A stretch of 64,000 nucleotides of DNA, from the NCBI GenBank assembly GCA_002269645.1, contig NIVC01000193.1:1-64000 (forward strand). Direction: 5' to 3'. Source of the stretch: Macrostomum lignano (lineage: Eukaryota). The translations under genes and the position numbers were made by a program. Shown piece after piece: positions 1 to 12,000 of the stretch. The notes under the pieces are model-generated. The model worked only from the letters and a program-made list of their open reading frames with translations, did no database searches and had not been told where the DNA came from. The number at the start of each line of letters is the position of its first letter. Position 1 is the stretch's first letter.

Positions 1-255
1 CCCCCTCTCTCCTCTCTCTCTCTCTCTCCCTCTCTCTCTCCCATCTCCTCTCTCTCCCTCTTCCCCCTCTCTCTCTCTCTCCCTCTCTCTCTCGCCTCTC
101 TCTTCTCCCTCTCTCCCTCTCTCTCCTCCCATCTCTCTCCCCTCTCTCCTCTCTCTCCCTCTCTCTCTCTCTCCCTCTCCCCCTCTCTCCCTCTCTCTCT
201 CTCTCTCTCCCTCTCTCCTATCTCTCTCTCTCCTCTTCATCCTCTCTCTCCCTCT

Positions 256-328
<73 letters not shown>

Positions 329-376
329 CTCTACTCATCTCTTATCTCCTCTTCTCACTCCTCTTCTCACTATCTC
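1..376. repeat. Degenerate (CT)n/(CCTCT)n microsatellite
   Basis: Pure pyrimidine CT/CCT tract from the window start up to the PLE junction. Confidence 0.95.
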
Positions 377-1502
377 CTCTGCTACATGGGCTACTGGGAG
401 CAGCGGGCCTGGAGCTCAGCCCGCAGAAGCCCGCCCTGTGGCTGCGCTACATCGACGACATCTTCGGCGTCTGGCACGGAACGAGAGACGAGCTGGTCCG
501 CTTCCACGAGCTCCTGGATGGCCTCGACCCGAAATCAGGTTGCAGCTGAGCTACACAGCACCGAGGTCAACTCCTGGATACCACCGTCTTCTGGGACCGC
601 GAGGGTGACGTTAAGCGCCTGGCATCTAAGGTGTATTTAAGCCGACCGACAGCCGAACCTCATTCACCGCGACTCTTTCCACCCGAAGCGGACGTTCCGG
701 GGCGTGGTGAAGTCCCAGCTCCTCAGATACGCCCGGCGGTGTTCCCTGATGGCCGATTTCGACGCAGCGTGCACCGCGGGCTGTTTTCAAGTCTGGTGCA
801 ACACAGGGCTACAATCGGCGGTTCCTGCGCACGATCAAGTACGAGATGCTGACGGAGCTGGGCTTCTACCCGACGAGACGGTGGGAATTCGGCTTTCTGC
901 CGTGCAACCCGACCCGGCTGTGCAGGTGCTGCCAGGCACACGCCAGGTTCGCCTCCGTCTGCCCGGATCAGCAGCCACGACAGTCCAGCTCATCATCAGT
1001 CAGCGATCGACTGCAACGCCACCACGCCGTCTATGCCGTGTTCTGCGCCGGTGCGACCACACGATCTACGTAGGCGAGACCGCCAACAGCATCCGCGGCC
1101 GCATGCTGGCGCACATCGGCGACATCCGGCCGCGCCGTGACACTCCGGTGGCCGCCATTTCACCAGTGATGGCCACAGTCTGGCGGACTTCGCCTTCACC
1201 GGCATCTGGTCTCGTGACGGCACGGGACCCAGAGCGAACGAGCGGCGGCAGCGCCACGAGGCCAAGCTCATCGAGGTTTAAAGACTCAAAACCCCGCACG
1301 GCGTCAACGAGCTTGCCGGCACGCTGCACAACCCGGCCATCCGCTGATCCTGCCCCATTGTGCGAGGTCGGACGCCCTGGTGGCCGCGGTGAAGGACCGC
1401 GTGGCCCGGTGCTGCGAGGCGCCGGTGCTGCCCGCCTACACCAAAGGGCGGAACCTCCGGCAGCTGCTCTGTCCCAGTCGACTGGAGTCCACCACTGATT
1501 GA
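377..1502 (+). pseudogene. Frameshifted PLE RT-GIY-YIG ORF fragment
   Basis: Motifs are spread over ORFs 386-640, 631-852, 704-1498 and 846-1073. Several frameshifts fall in homopolymer runs. Confidence 0.8.
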
Positions 1503-2093
1503 ATTTTGTATTTTTTCCTTTTGATTTTTTACTTCACTTTCCCTTCTACTCCTTTGTCAGACCGTGCCGGTACCTACCAAGCCTTTTGTTGCTCCTTTCT
1601 TAGAAATTTTTTTATTCATCGCTAGCCCAAGCACAGCTTTTATAATTCTCAGCATTTATTCTGCATCAACATTTCTATTGTTTCTTGACACCCTGTACTT
1701 TTTATTACACTTTTTACTTTTACTCTTTGCTTATCGTACAATTGCTCTTTTTTTAAGTTTTTGAGGGCTTTCACCTTATTTATTTATTTATTGATTTACT
1801 GCTTATTATTTTTGAGGTCAATTTTGTAAAGTGCTTAGAGTCACTCTTTCCCCTTTTTAGACACCGGTGCAGTCGCACTATTCCATTATTTATTTCGTGT
1901 GTAGGATCGCTGCAGCCCACGTGCGGTTCACTTTATTTGTGCACTGTTTTTATTTTGCATTTTCAACTCTAATAGTGTTTTATCGACTCACACCAAGTGT
2001 ACATACCGTACGCTCTCTATCTACCTGCCTACTCTCTCTCCCCTCTAACGCCTATTTAATAACTTTTACAACACCACTTGTCGCTACTTTTCA

Positions 2094-2134
2094 TTTGCCT
2101 GACGAAGAATTTACCTAATTCGAAATATCGGCAA
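2094..2134 (+). ncRNA. Minimal type I hammerhead ribozyme (PLE-associated)
   Basis: TTGC CTGACGA A GAATT-tacct-AATTC GAAA TA TC GGCAA: CUGANGA core, 5-bp stem II, GAAA and an ultra-short stem III. Stem I (TTGCC/GGCAA) is one C short, possibly a homopolymer error. Confidence 0.7.
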
Positions 2135-2206
2135 CTTAAATCATCTTGACTTGTTTGTCCTTTTTACATGTACCGCGTCCGTGCCTGACGATTGGAGGCG
2201 CCCTCC

Positions 2207-2225
2207 TCTCTTCTCTCTCTCCTCT

Positions 2226-2266
<41 letters not shown>

Positions 2267-2504
2267 CTCTCTCTCTCCCTCTCTCTCTCTCCTCTCTCCT
2301 CTCTCTCTCCCTCTCTCTCTCCCTCTCTCTCTCTCTCTCCCTCTCTCTCTCTCCCTCTCTCCCCCCTCTCTCCCTCTCTCTCCCTCTCTCTCTCTCTCTC
2401 CCTCTCTCTCTCTCTCCCTCTCTCCCCCCTCTCTCCCTCTCTCTCCCTCTCTCTCTCTCTCCCTCTCTCTCCTCTCTCTCTCTCCTTCTCTTCCTCTCTC
2501 TCCC

Positions 2505-2536
<32 letters not shown>

Positions 2537-2933
2537 CCTCTCTCTCTCTCTCTCCTCTCCCTCTCTCTCCCTCTCTCTCTCTCTCCCTCTCTCTCCTCTC
2601 TCTCTCTTCTCTTCCTCTCTCTCCCTCTCTCCCCTCTCTCTCTCTCTCTCCCTCTCTCTCTCCCTCTCTCTCTCTCTCCCTCTCTCCTCTCTCTCTCTCC
2701 CTCTCTCCCCCCTCTCTCCCTCTCTCTCCCTCTCTCTCTCTCTCCCTCTCTCCCCCCTCTCTCTCTCTCCCCTCTCCCTCTCTCTCTCTCCCTCTCTCTC
2801 TCTCTCCTTCTCTCTCTCTCTCTCCCTCTCTCTCTCTCTCCCTCTCTCTCTCTCTCCCTCTCTCTCTCTCTCTCTCCTTCTCTTCCTCTCTCTCCCTCTC
2901 TCTCCCTCTCTCCCGCCAAGTTCATCGAGGTCC
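2207..2933. repeat. Degenerate CT microsatellite between PLE copies
   Basis: About 730-bp CT/CCT tract continuous with the PLE terminus CCCTCCTCTC. Confidence 0.95.
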
Positions 2934-3683
2934 TGAGGACTCGTGTTCCACACGGCGCCAACGAACTTGCCGGCATACTGCACAAACCGGCCATCCCGCT
3001 GATCCTGCCGCACTGTGCGACCTCCGACGCCCTGGCTGCCAAGGTGAAGGACAGGGTGATACGGCACTGCGAGACCCCGGTGCTGCCCGCCTACACCAAG
3101 GGGAGGAGCCTCCGTACTCTGCTCTGTCATAGCCGGCTGGATCCTGCCAACTAATTCCTTTTTCTGACGCCTGTGCAAAGTCTTTTACTGTTATTTTGTG
3201 CTCCCTTCTGTGATTTTTTTTCATTGGTTTTTTTGTTTCTTTTTCTCTGCTTTTTTATTCTAAGGTTTTCAAACACTGTGTACGGTGCACCTGCATTTTT
3301 TGCTCTGAGCTTTTACTAACTTTTTATTTACCTTGTCTATTTATTATGCCTTTTAATTTTACAATTGTTCTCCTACACTTTAAGGTCGTTTAGGCCCACT
3401 TGTACAGTTCTAGCCACCCCCTCCGCATTTCTCAGAGTCTCAGACTCGTTTTAATGTACTGGCCATGCGTACTGTTTTAAGTGCTTGAGCACACCCATTT
3501 ATCGATCGTCTCTCCCTGGCGATATCGCCTTTATATATTGACGGCAATTCACGCATAATAAATTTTACTCGCTTACAGCTCTGACGAAGAAATTTAATAA
3601 TTTCGAAATATCGGCAATCCAACTAAATTGACTTTGTTCAGTCCTTTCTACCGTGTCAGGGCCTGAGATTGGAGGTGCCCTCC
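2934..3683 (+). mobile_element. Penelope-like retroelement copy 2, heavily 5'-truncated and diverged from copy 1
   Basis: AKFIEVLRTRVPHGANELAGILHKPAIPLILPHCATSDALAAKVKDRVIRHCETPVLPAYTKGRSLRTLLCHSRL* (stop at 3154) aligns with the copy 1 C-terminus. It has the same hammerhead and the same GATTGGAGGYGCCCTCC terminus. Confidence 0.88.
3575..3618 (+). ncRNA. Minimal hammerhead ribozyme, second copy
   Basis: GCT CTGACGA A GAAATT-taat-AATTTC GAAA TA TC GGCAA: core identical to 2099-2134, stem II with compensatory lengthening, stem I weak. Confidence 0.65.
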
Positions 3684-4379
3684 TCTCTCTCTCTCTCTCT
3701 CTCTCCCTGTCTCTCTCTCCCTGTCTCTCTCTCCCTCTGTCTCTATCTCTCCCTCTCTCTTCCTTTCTCTGTCTCTCTCTGTCTCTCTCTGTCTCTCTCT
3801 CTCCCTCTCTCTCCCTCTCTCTCTCTCCCTCTCTCTCTCTCTCCCTCTCTCTCTCTCCCTCTCTCTCTTCTCTCCTCTCTCTTCCTTTCTCTGTCTCTCT
3901 CTGTCTCTCTCTCCCTCTCTCCCTCTCTCTCCCTCTCTCTCCCTCTCTCTCCCTCTCTCCCACTCTCTCCCTCTCTCCCTCTCTCTCCCTCTCTCCCTCT
4001 CTCTCCCTCTCTCCCTCTCTCTCCCTCTCTCCCTCTCTCTCCCTCTCTCCCTCTCTCTCCCTCTCTCCCTCTCTCTCCCTCTCTCCCTCTCTCTCTCTCT
4101 CCCCTCTCTCCCTCTCTCCCTCTCTCCCTCTCTCCCTCTCTCTCCCTCTCTCTCCCTCTCTCCCTCTCTCTCCCTCTCTCCCTCTCTCCCTCTCTCTCCC
4201 TCTCTCCCTCTCTTCCTCTCTCTCTCTCTCCCTCTCTCTCCCTCTCTCCCTCTCTCTCCCTCTCTCCCTCTCTCTCCCTCTCTTCCTCTCTCTCCCTCTC
4301 TCTCCCTCTCTCTCCCTCTCTCCCTCTCTCTCCCTCTCTCCCTCTCTCTCCCTCTCTCCCATCTTTTCTCTCCTCTCTT
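3684..4379. repeat. Degenerate CT microsatellite
   Basis: CT/CCT/CTGT tract after the PLE copy 2 terminus. Confidence 0.95.
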
Positions 4380-5010
4380 TCGACACAATAACTTCCTATA
4401 GGAAGAGAAATCTCTCTTCTTCGAAATTAAGCTCACGCAGACTCAGCACCATCAACTGTCAATCAGTGCTAAGTACTAGTAAAGTGAGCAGCATTCTGGA
4501 TATCAATATAAATATTGAGACACACTAGCGATTCAATATTTAGCCCCATAAGCAGCTACTTCAGTTGGGTAGGTTTAAGTGACTTCCCCATTTCAGCCCC
4601 GGTGTCAGGACTGCTGAAGTACCGGCACTGCCTCTCTTCCCTCCGTTCGAGCAATTTGTCAAACAGACTGCAATGAAGACAACCCGGCTTGTCTAAGCGG
4701 GAGAGACTATGCATGGTATGGCTTGCTTAAACTTTGCCGAGTAGTCGTATGCAACTCAGCTAGGGTTCCCCACTGGGAGTTGAAGCGCTGTTGCCGGGAC
4801 GAGGGTCAGGGGGCACGTCTTCGATCGCAGCTGCTTCTCTGCCGCCCCCCTCTGTGTGCCACCTTTTAGGGGGGTGGGGTTGGGGGGCGGTCCGAGTTCG
4901 GCACAGCCCCAACCAGCCCGTCTGGCCCGGAGCTAAAAGCCTTTCTGTTCTGTTGCTTTGGCTGGCTTGCCTTCTTCAGGCTCTGTTAGAATCTCTTCAG
5001 ATAGGTAGTT

Positions 5011-5567
<557 letters not shown>

Positions 5568-5718
5568 TGCTATTAAATCTATTGCTCAGATGATATTGCA
5601 AAGGAATTATAGCTCGGTTTTATTGCTCTCGCATTGGACTCGTGATTAGGGGGGGGGGGGTCGCGTGCTGGTGCACATTACGCTGGCCGCCGCTACTGAG
5701 AGCAGGTGATATCATAAA

Positions 5719-6208
5719 CCACACCAGAGACACTGAGGGTGCCCACACCAGAGACACTGAGGGTGCCCACACCAGAGACACTGATGGTGTCCACACCAGA
5801 GACACTGAGGGTGTCCACACCAGAGACACTGAGGGTGTCCACACCAGAGACACTGAGGGTGTCCACACCAGAGACACTGAGGGTGTCCACACCAGAGACA
5901 CGGAGGGTGTCCACACCAGAGACACGGAGGGTGTCCACACCAGAGACACGGAGGGTGTCCACACCAGAGACACTGAGGGTGTCCACACCAGAGACACTGA
6001 TGGTGTCCACACCAGAGACACTGAGGGTGTCCACTCCACACCAGAGACACTGAGGGTGTCCACACCAGAGACACTGATGGTATCCACACCAGAGACACTG
6101 ATGGTGTCCACACCAGAGACACTGAGGGTGTCCACACCAGAGACACTGAGGGTGTCCACACCAGAGACACGAAGGGTGCCCACACCAGAGACACGGAGGG
6201 TGTCCACA
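5719..6208. repeat. 24-bp minisatellite CCACACCAGAGACACTGAGGGTGT
   Basis: About 20 tandem units; explains the overlapping repetitive ORFs. Confidence 0.95.
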
Positions 6209-6509
6209 GCAAACCAGGCCACGGCCACTGTTGCACACAGAACGAAACTGCCCTAAAAACCGCGCATAGGGCAAAACAATTTCAACTCATTTTTCCAAAC
6301 CACGATCGGCCCCAACCCCCCACCCCACCGGATGAGTAAACGGCCGGCTCCCTGCAGTCCGGCAGAAAGTGAAAAATTGTTGCGAGTTGGGCTAATCGAT
6401 GCTCAAAACGAGTTGATTGCAAGTGAGCAATTGGCTGACTTCAAAGCCGCACGGCTGCTGCTGGGGGCCATCCTCTGTTTTCCAGCGCTAGTAGCTTCCT
6501 ATGGCCAGA

Positions 6510-6970
6510 GTGGCGCCTCCCTGACAGTCAAACTGATGCTTCCCTGACAGTCAAAGTAGCGCCTCCGTGACAGTCAAAGTGGCGCTTCCCTGACAGTCAA
6601 ATTGGCGCTTCCCTGACAGTCAAAGTAGCGCCTCCGTGACAGTCAAAGTGGCGCTTCCCTGACAGTCAAATTGGCGCTTCCCTGACAGTCAAAGTGCCGC
6701 CTCCCTGACAGTCAAAGTGACGCCTTCCTGACAGTCAAAGTTGCGCTTCCCTGACAGTCAAAGTTGCGCTTCCCTGACAGTCAAAGTTGCGCTTCCCTGA
6801 CAGTCAAAGTTGCGCTTCCCTGACAGTCAAAGTTGCGCTTCCCTGACAGTCAAAGTGCCGCCTCCCTGACAGTCAAAGTGGCGCTTCCCTGACAGTCAAA
6901 GTGGCGCTTCCCAGACAGTCAAAGTGGCGCCACCCTGACACTTGAAGTGGCGCAACCCTGGCAGTCAAAG
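6510..6970. repeat. 23-bp minisatellite CCCTGACAGTCAAAGTGGCGCTT
   Basis: About 20 tandem units. Confidence 0.95.
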
Positions 6971-7376
6971 TACGAGCGTATATTTAATCTGACGCCCAAA
7001 ACATCGCCAATGGCAACCACGATGATTGTAGGAAAAAAATGAACAACTTTATTTACATACTACTTACATACTGCACTTACCTGTTGTCAGTAGGATGATT
7101 AAAAATTGACAGTGCTTGGGTTTTAACAGCGTTTTCAAAGTTTTCCAAAAACTGGACAACACCACCTGGTGCACTGAAGTATCTATCAATAAAGCAGCAT
7201 AATGAGCTGAGAGAGTATCAAGCAGGCATTACTAGCAAGGTCATAAATTATGCACATTATACCTGGCATATTGAGAACAAAGCGGCGCGATTGAGACAGA
7301 CTGGCTGAGTTGCTGACAAAACTAAAAAACTACGATTAAGTAAAAAGTGAAGCACGCAAGTTGATTGGAACTATCT

Positions 7377-7378
7377 AG

Positions 7379-7472
<94 letters not shown>

Positions 7473-7495
7473 GACTAACTAACTAACTAACTAAC
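7377..7495. repeat. (CTAA)n microsatellite
   Basis: About 29 tandem CTAA units. Confidence 0.95.
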
Positions 7496-7928
7496 ATATG
7501 GACGGCTTATTGATTTTGAAGATACGACAGACTTCACTCTATTCTGTCTTTCTACTATTGTTTCCTCTTACGCAGAAGTGATGGAGACTCCCCGTGCAGA
7601 GTCTGCAAAGCTCTGGTCGCCTACCAAAAAGTCTTCTTTCCCTAGCATGCAGGTTTTCAGCAATTCTTTCCAGTCGGACACAGAATTCCCAAAGATTGTC
7701 ATCCACTTGACAGAATGAGAGACAGAGAGGGGGTAGAGAGGGGAGTTAGGGACCTTGAGCACCTCACGCTGAGAGTCGCCTTTCTGTGAGCAGAAAATAA
7801 TAAGGGTCTGAGAAGCGACAGGGACGCTAGCTAGACTGTCTGTCTCGGCCCCCGTTTCAATACTTGATGCGTGAGTTCTGCTGTAATTGAACTATCGATA
7901 TGTTTTCCAAATCTGTCGGATCCTACAG

Positions 7929-8739
7929 CTCAAAGAGACCAATTTCAAGATACCGTTTGCTCGGATTGCAGCTGTCAGATTCTGATGGACCGAATCTGCA
8001 ACGATTGAGCTCAATGGCAGCTATGAGCTGTTGCAGAGATCAACTCGAATCTGCGGGTGAGTAGGACTCATCCTGGGTCATAGCTGTGAGGTCATGGAGG
8101 TGGTCATATGGTTGTCGAACTAGCATTTATTTAGTGGTCATGAAGTCATATAGAATCCTAATGAGTAGTGGTCATGAGGTCATATAGAATCCTACAGAGT
8201 AGTGGTCATGAGGTCATATAGAATCCTAATGAGTAGTGGTCATGAGGTCATATAGAATCCTAATGAGTAGTGGTCATGAGGTCATATAGAATCCTAATGA
8301 GTAGTGGTCATGAGGTCATATAGAATCCTAATGAGTAGTAGTCATGAAGTCATATAGAATCCTAATGAGTAGTGGTCATGAGGTCATATAGAATCCTAAT
8401 GAGTAGTGGTCATGAGGTTATATAGAATCCTAATGAGTAGTGGTCATGAGGTCATTCGTCTTGTACTAAAAACGGGCCACATATCTTAAAACTCCCTCAG
8501 CCTCGCAAGGTTTATCAAACGAAGAGTCAGCAGAGGAGCCTCTCGGGGAGGTCACAGAAGACGACCAGCCAGACCCGGGTGCTCTGGATTGGAACCAGCA
8601 GAAGTACCTGGCCACATGCGGCAGACTGGGCATCACGCCTTCGCAGAAATTTCTGCACTCTCTGCTGTCGCCAAGAATTCAGCTGAGCCGGCTGTACCTC
8701 GGAACTGAGGGGGCCTTCGCCTGCTCGCTGGCTCTTGGG

Positions 8740-8777
<38 letters not shown>

Positions 8778-8879
8778 GTGTCTGTGTGTCTGTCTGTCTG
8801 TCTATCTTAGTGGCTGTCTGTCTGTCTGTCAGTCTGTCAGTTTATCTGTCTGTCTGTCAGTCTGTCAGTTTATCTGTCA

Positions 8880-8955
<76 letters not shown>

Positions 8956-8958
8956 GAC

Positions 8959-9010
<52 letters not shown>

Positions 9011-12000
9011 CATCCCCAACTGAGACTCAGTGCCCCTCACATGCCATTTGCAGAACAATGCTCACCTCAGGCAGCTGCTTCTAGAGGACAATGAACTCGG
9101 CTGTTCTGGAGCTCAGCAACTAACTGAAGTGATCAAGGATAATCCATTTCTGACTGAGCTGGTATGCTATTATCGTCTTCAATAATCTAGATTATATTTA
9201 CTCAATAAATTAGATTAGATCTACTCAACAGTCTAGATTAGATCTACTCAGCGATCTAGATTAGATCTACTCAACAATCTAGATTATACGCACTCACCGA
9301 GCTAGATTTCTGCTTTCAGCGGCTGATCAACAATCGCATTGGAGAGGCAGGGTTAGCAGCAATTTGCGATGCACTGACTACCAATCGCACCGTGAGAATT
9401 CTTGACCTGTCGGGTCAGTCAAAGCGCTCGATTCCAAATGTTTATCCTATCATGGAATTATGGACTGCACTAATTATTTATCCCGCTGTGTTTTTTGTTT
9501 CAGGCAATCGATTCGAAGAAAAGTGCGCCTCTCTGTTGCAGAATCTGCTTGAGGTGAGGGGGCGGCAATTGATGAAGAAAGAGGGGTTTGGCTAATGGAC
9601 TTTGGGCCATTATGGAAGAGTAGGTTGTTATCAGGTGAGTCCCGTTGGTTCCTTCAGGTGAGTCCCGTTAGTTCCTTCAGGTGAGTTCTGTTAGTTCCTT
9701 CAGGTGAGTCCCGTTAGTTCCTTCAGGTGAGTCCCGTTAGTTCCTTCAGGTGAGTCCCGTTAGTTCCTTCAGGTGAGTCCCATTGGTCCTTCAGGTGAGT
9801 CCCGTTAGTTCCTTCAGGTGAGTTCCGTTAGTTCCTTCAGGTGAGTCCCGTTAGTTCCTTCAGGTGAGTCCCGTTAGTTCCTTCAGGTGAGTCCCATTGG
9901 TCCTTCAGGTGAGTCCCGTTAGTTCCTTCAGGTGAGTTCCGTTAGTTCCTTCAGGTGAGTCCCGTTAGTTCCTTCAGGTGAGTCCCGTTAGGTCTTTCAG
10001 GTGAGTCCCATTGATCCTTCAGGTGAGTCCCGTTAGGTCCTTCAGGTGAGTCCCGTTGGTTCCTTCAGGTGAGTCATATTGTTCCTTCAGGTAAGTCCCA
10101 TCGGTCCTTCAGGTGAGTCCCATTGATCCTTCAGGTGAGTCCCGTTAGTTCCTTCAGGTGAGTCCCGTTAGTTCCTTCAGGTGAGTCCCGTTAGTTCCTT
10201 CAGGTGAGTCCCGTTAGGTCCTTCAGGTGAGTCATATTGTTCCTTCAGGTGAGTCCCGTTAGTTCCTTCAGGTGAGTCTCATTGATCCTTCGGGTGAGTC
10301 CCGTTAGGTCTTTCAGGTGAGTGTCATTGGTCCTTCAGGTGAGTGTCATTGGTCCTTCAGGTGAGTGTCATTGGTCCTTTAGGTGAGTCTCATTGGTCCT
10401 TCAGGTGAGTGTCATTGGTCCTTTAGGTGAGCCCCGTTGGACCTTCAGGTGAGTCTCATTGGTCCTTCAGGTGAGTGTCATTGGTCCTTCAGGTGAGTCT
10501 CATTGGTCCTTCAGGTGAGTGTCATTGGTCCTTCAGGTGAGTCTCATTGGTCCTTCATTTAGTTGAGCCCCATCGGTTGATTTAGGCCATCAGAGAAATT
10601 AATACTAAAAAGATCTATGCACTTCTAAGCAATTAAAATTGCTATTTTCCAGGAGAACGAAAGCCTCACAGAGCTGTACCTGGCTCATAATAATTTTCGC
10701 GAGAATGGCATCGTCCGAATTTCTCACGCATTGGGTAAGAACAACTACTGATTTGTTAGTAGTATAATAAGGATATGTCAGAGATCCCTAACGGTAAAAT
10801 CTTAATCGGGGAAATCCCAAATCCGTGACATCCCGAATCCAGGGAAATCGCTATTAGGTAAATGCCAAATCCGTGACATCTCGAATGAGGGAAATCCCAA
10901 ACCCAAGGAAATCCCTAATAAGGAAATCCCTATCAGGGAAATCCCAAATCCGTGACATCTAGAATGAGGGAAATCCCGAATTAGGGAAATCCCTATCACG
11001 GAAATCCTTATTAGGGAAATACCAAATTCGTGACACCTTCAACGAGGGAAATCCCGAATTAGGGAAATCCCTGATTTGAAAATAGCCATTATTTAGTATC
11101 AATTTCCAACCGATTTTAGCCCACAACACATCGCTAAAGCTGCTGGATTTATCGTGGAACCACATCCGGCTTGATGGAGCCATCAGTCTGTGCGACTCGC
11201 TCCGGTTTAACCGGTGCCTGGAGACCGCACTGCTGGGCTGGAACGGCCTGCACACAGAGGGCTGCCGGTCTCTCGCGCGCTCACTTCCGGCTAACAGCAG
11301 TCTGAAACTGCTGGACCTGACTTGCAATCGGATCGACTCCAACTGTTTGGAATTTCTTGTCAAAGGCTTGCGCTCGAATTCGAGTTTGAAGTGTCTGAGG
11401 ATCAGTCAGAACCCGCTTACAGCGAGAATATCAGGGCTCTGCTGACTAAGGTTGAGGATCTGCAGCTCAGCGTTGAAGTGCTGGATGTTACGGTGGGTTT
11501 TCAGAGGGATGATTAAAGCTGGGGTTACTCAGGGGCGGAAGAGGCTACTTGGGGGCGGAAGAGGCTACTTGGGGGCGGAAGAGGCTACTTGGGGGGCGGA
11601 AGAGGCTACTTGGGGGCGGAAGAGGCTACTAGGTTACAGAAGAGGCTACATGGCGGCCGAAGAGGCTACTAGGGGCGGAAGAGGCTACTTGGGGGCGGAA
11701 GAGGCTACTTGGGGGCGGAAGAGGCTACTTGGGGGGCGGAAGAGGCTACTTGGGGGCGGAAGAGGCTGCTAGGTTACAGAAGAGGCTACATGGGGGCCGA
11801 AGAGGCTACTGGGGGCGGAAGAGGCTACTTGGGGGCGGAAGAGGCTACTTGGGGGCGGAAGAGGCTACTTGGGGGCGGAAGAGGCTACTTGGGGCGGAAG
11901 AGGCTACTTGGGGGCGGAAGAGGCTATTAGGTTACAGAAGAGGCTACATGGGGGCGGAAAAGGCTACTTGGGGGCCGAAGAGGCTATTGGGGGCGGAAGA

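Larger units (their letters stand above)
377..2206 (+). mobile_element. Penelope-like retroelement copy 1, 5'-truncated (RT C-half, thumb, Cys motif, GIY-YIG endonuclease, 3' UTR with hammerhead)
   Basis: Joining frames across about 10 single-base indels gives YMGYWEQRALELSPQKPALWLRYIDDIFGVW (YIDD at 448-459), KPTD..HRDSFHPKRTFRGVVKSQLLRYARRCS (thumb), PCNPTRLCRCC, VYAVFC..RCDHTIYVGET (GIY-YIG), PHGVNE. The ORF ends at TGA 1500-1502, followed by a T-rich 3' UTR. Confidence 0.9.

Noticed and set aside
2141-4528. Long ORFs rich in ER/SL repeats
   Set aside because: Translations of CT/GA microsatellite, open in most frames; only the PLE-derived ends are meaningful.
5719-6970. 24- and 23-bp arrays, and the 28-, 32- and 54-bp arrays elsewhere, as CRISPR arrays
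   Set aside because: Head-to-tail repeats with no unique spacers, no cas genes, and a eukaryotic spliced-gene context.
6332-7870. Possible 5' exons of the LRR gene (6332-6421; from 7576)
   Set aside because: Could not be joined to 7929 in phase without stops, so left unresolved.
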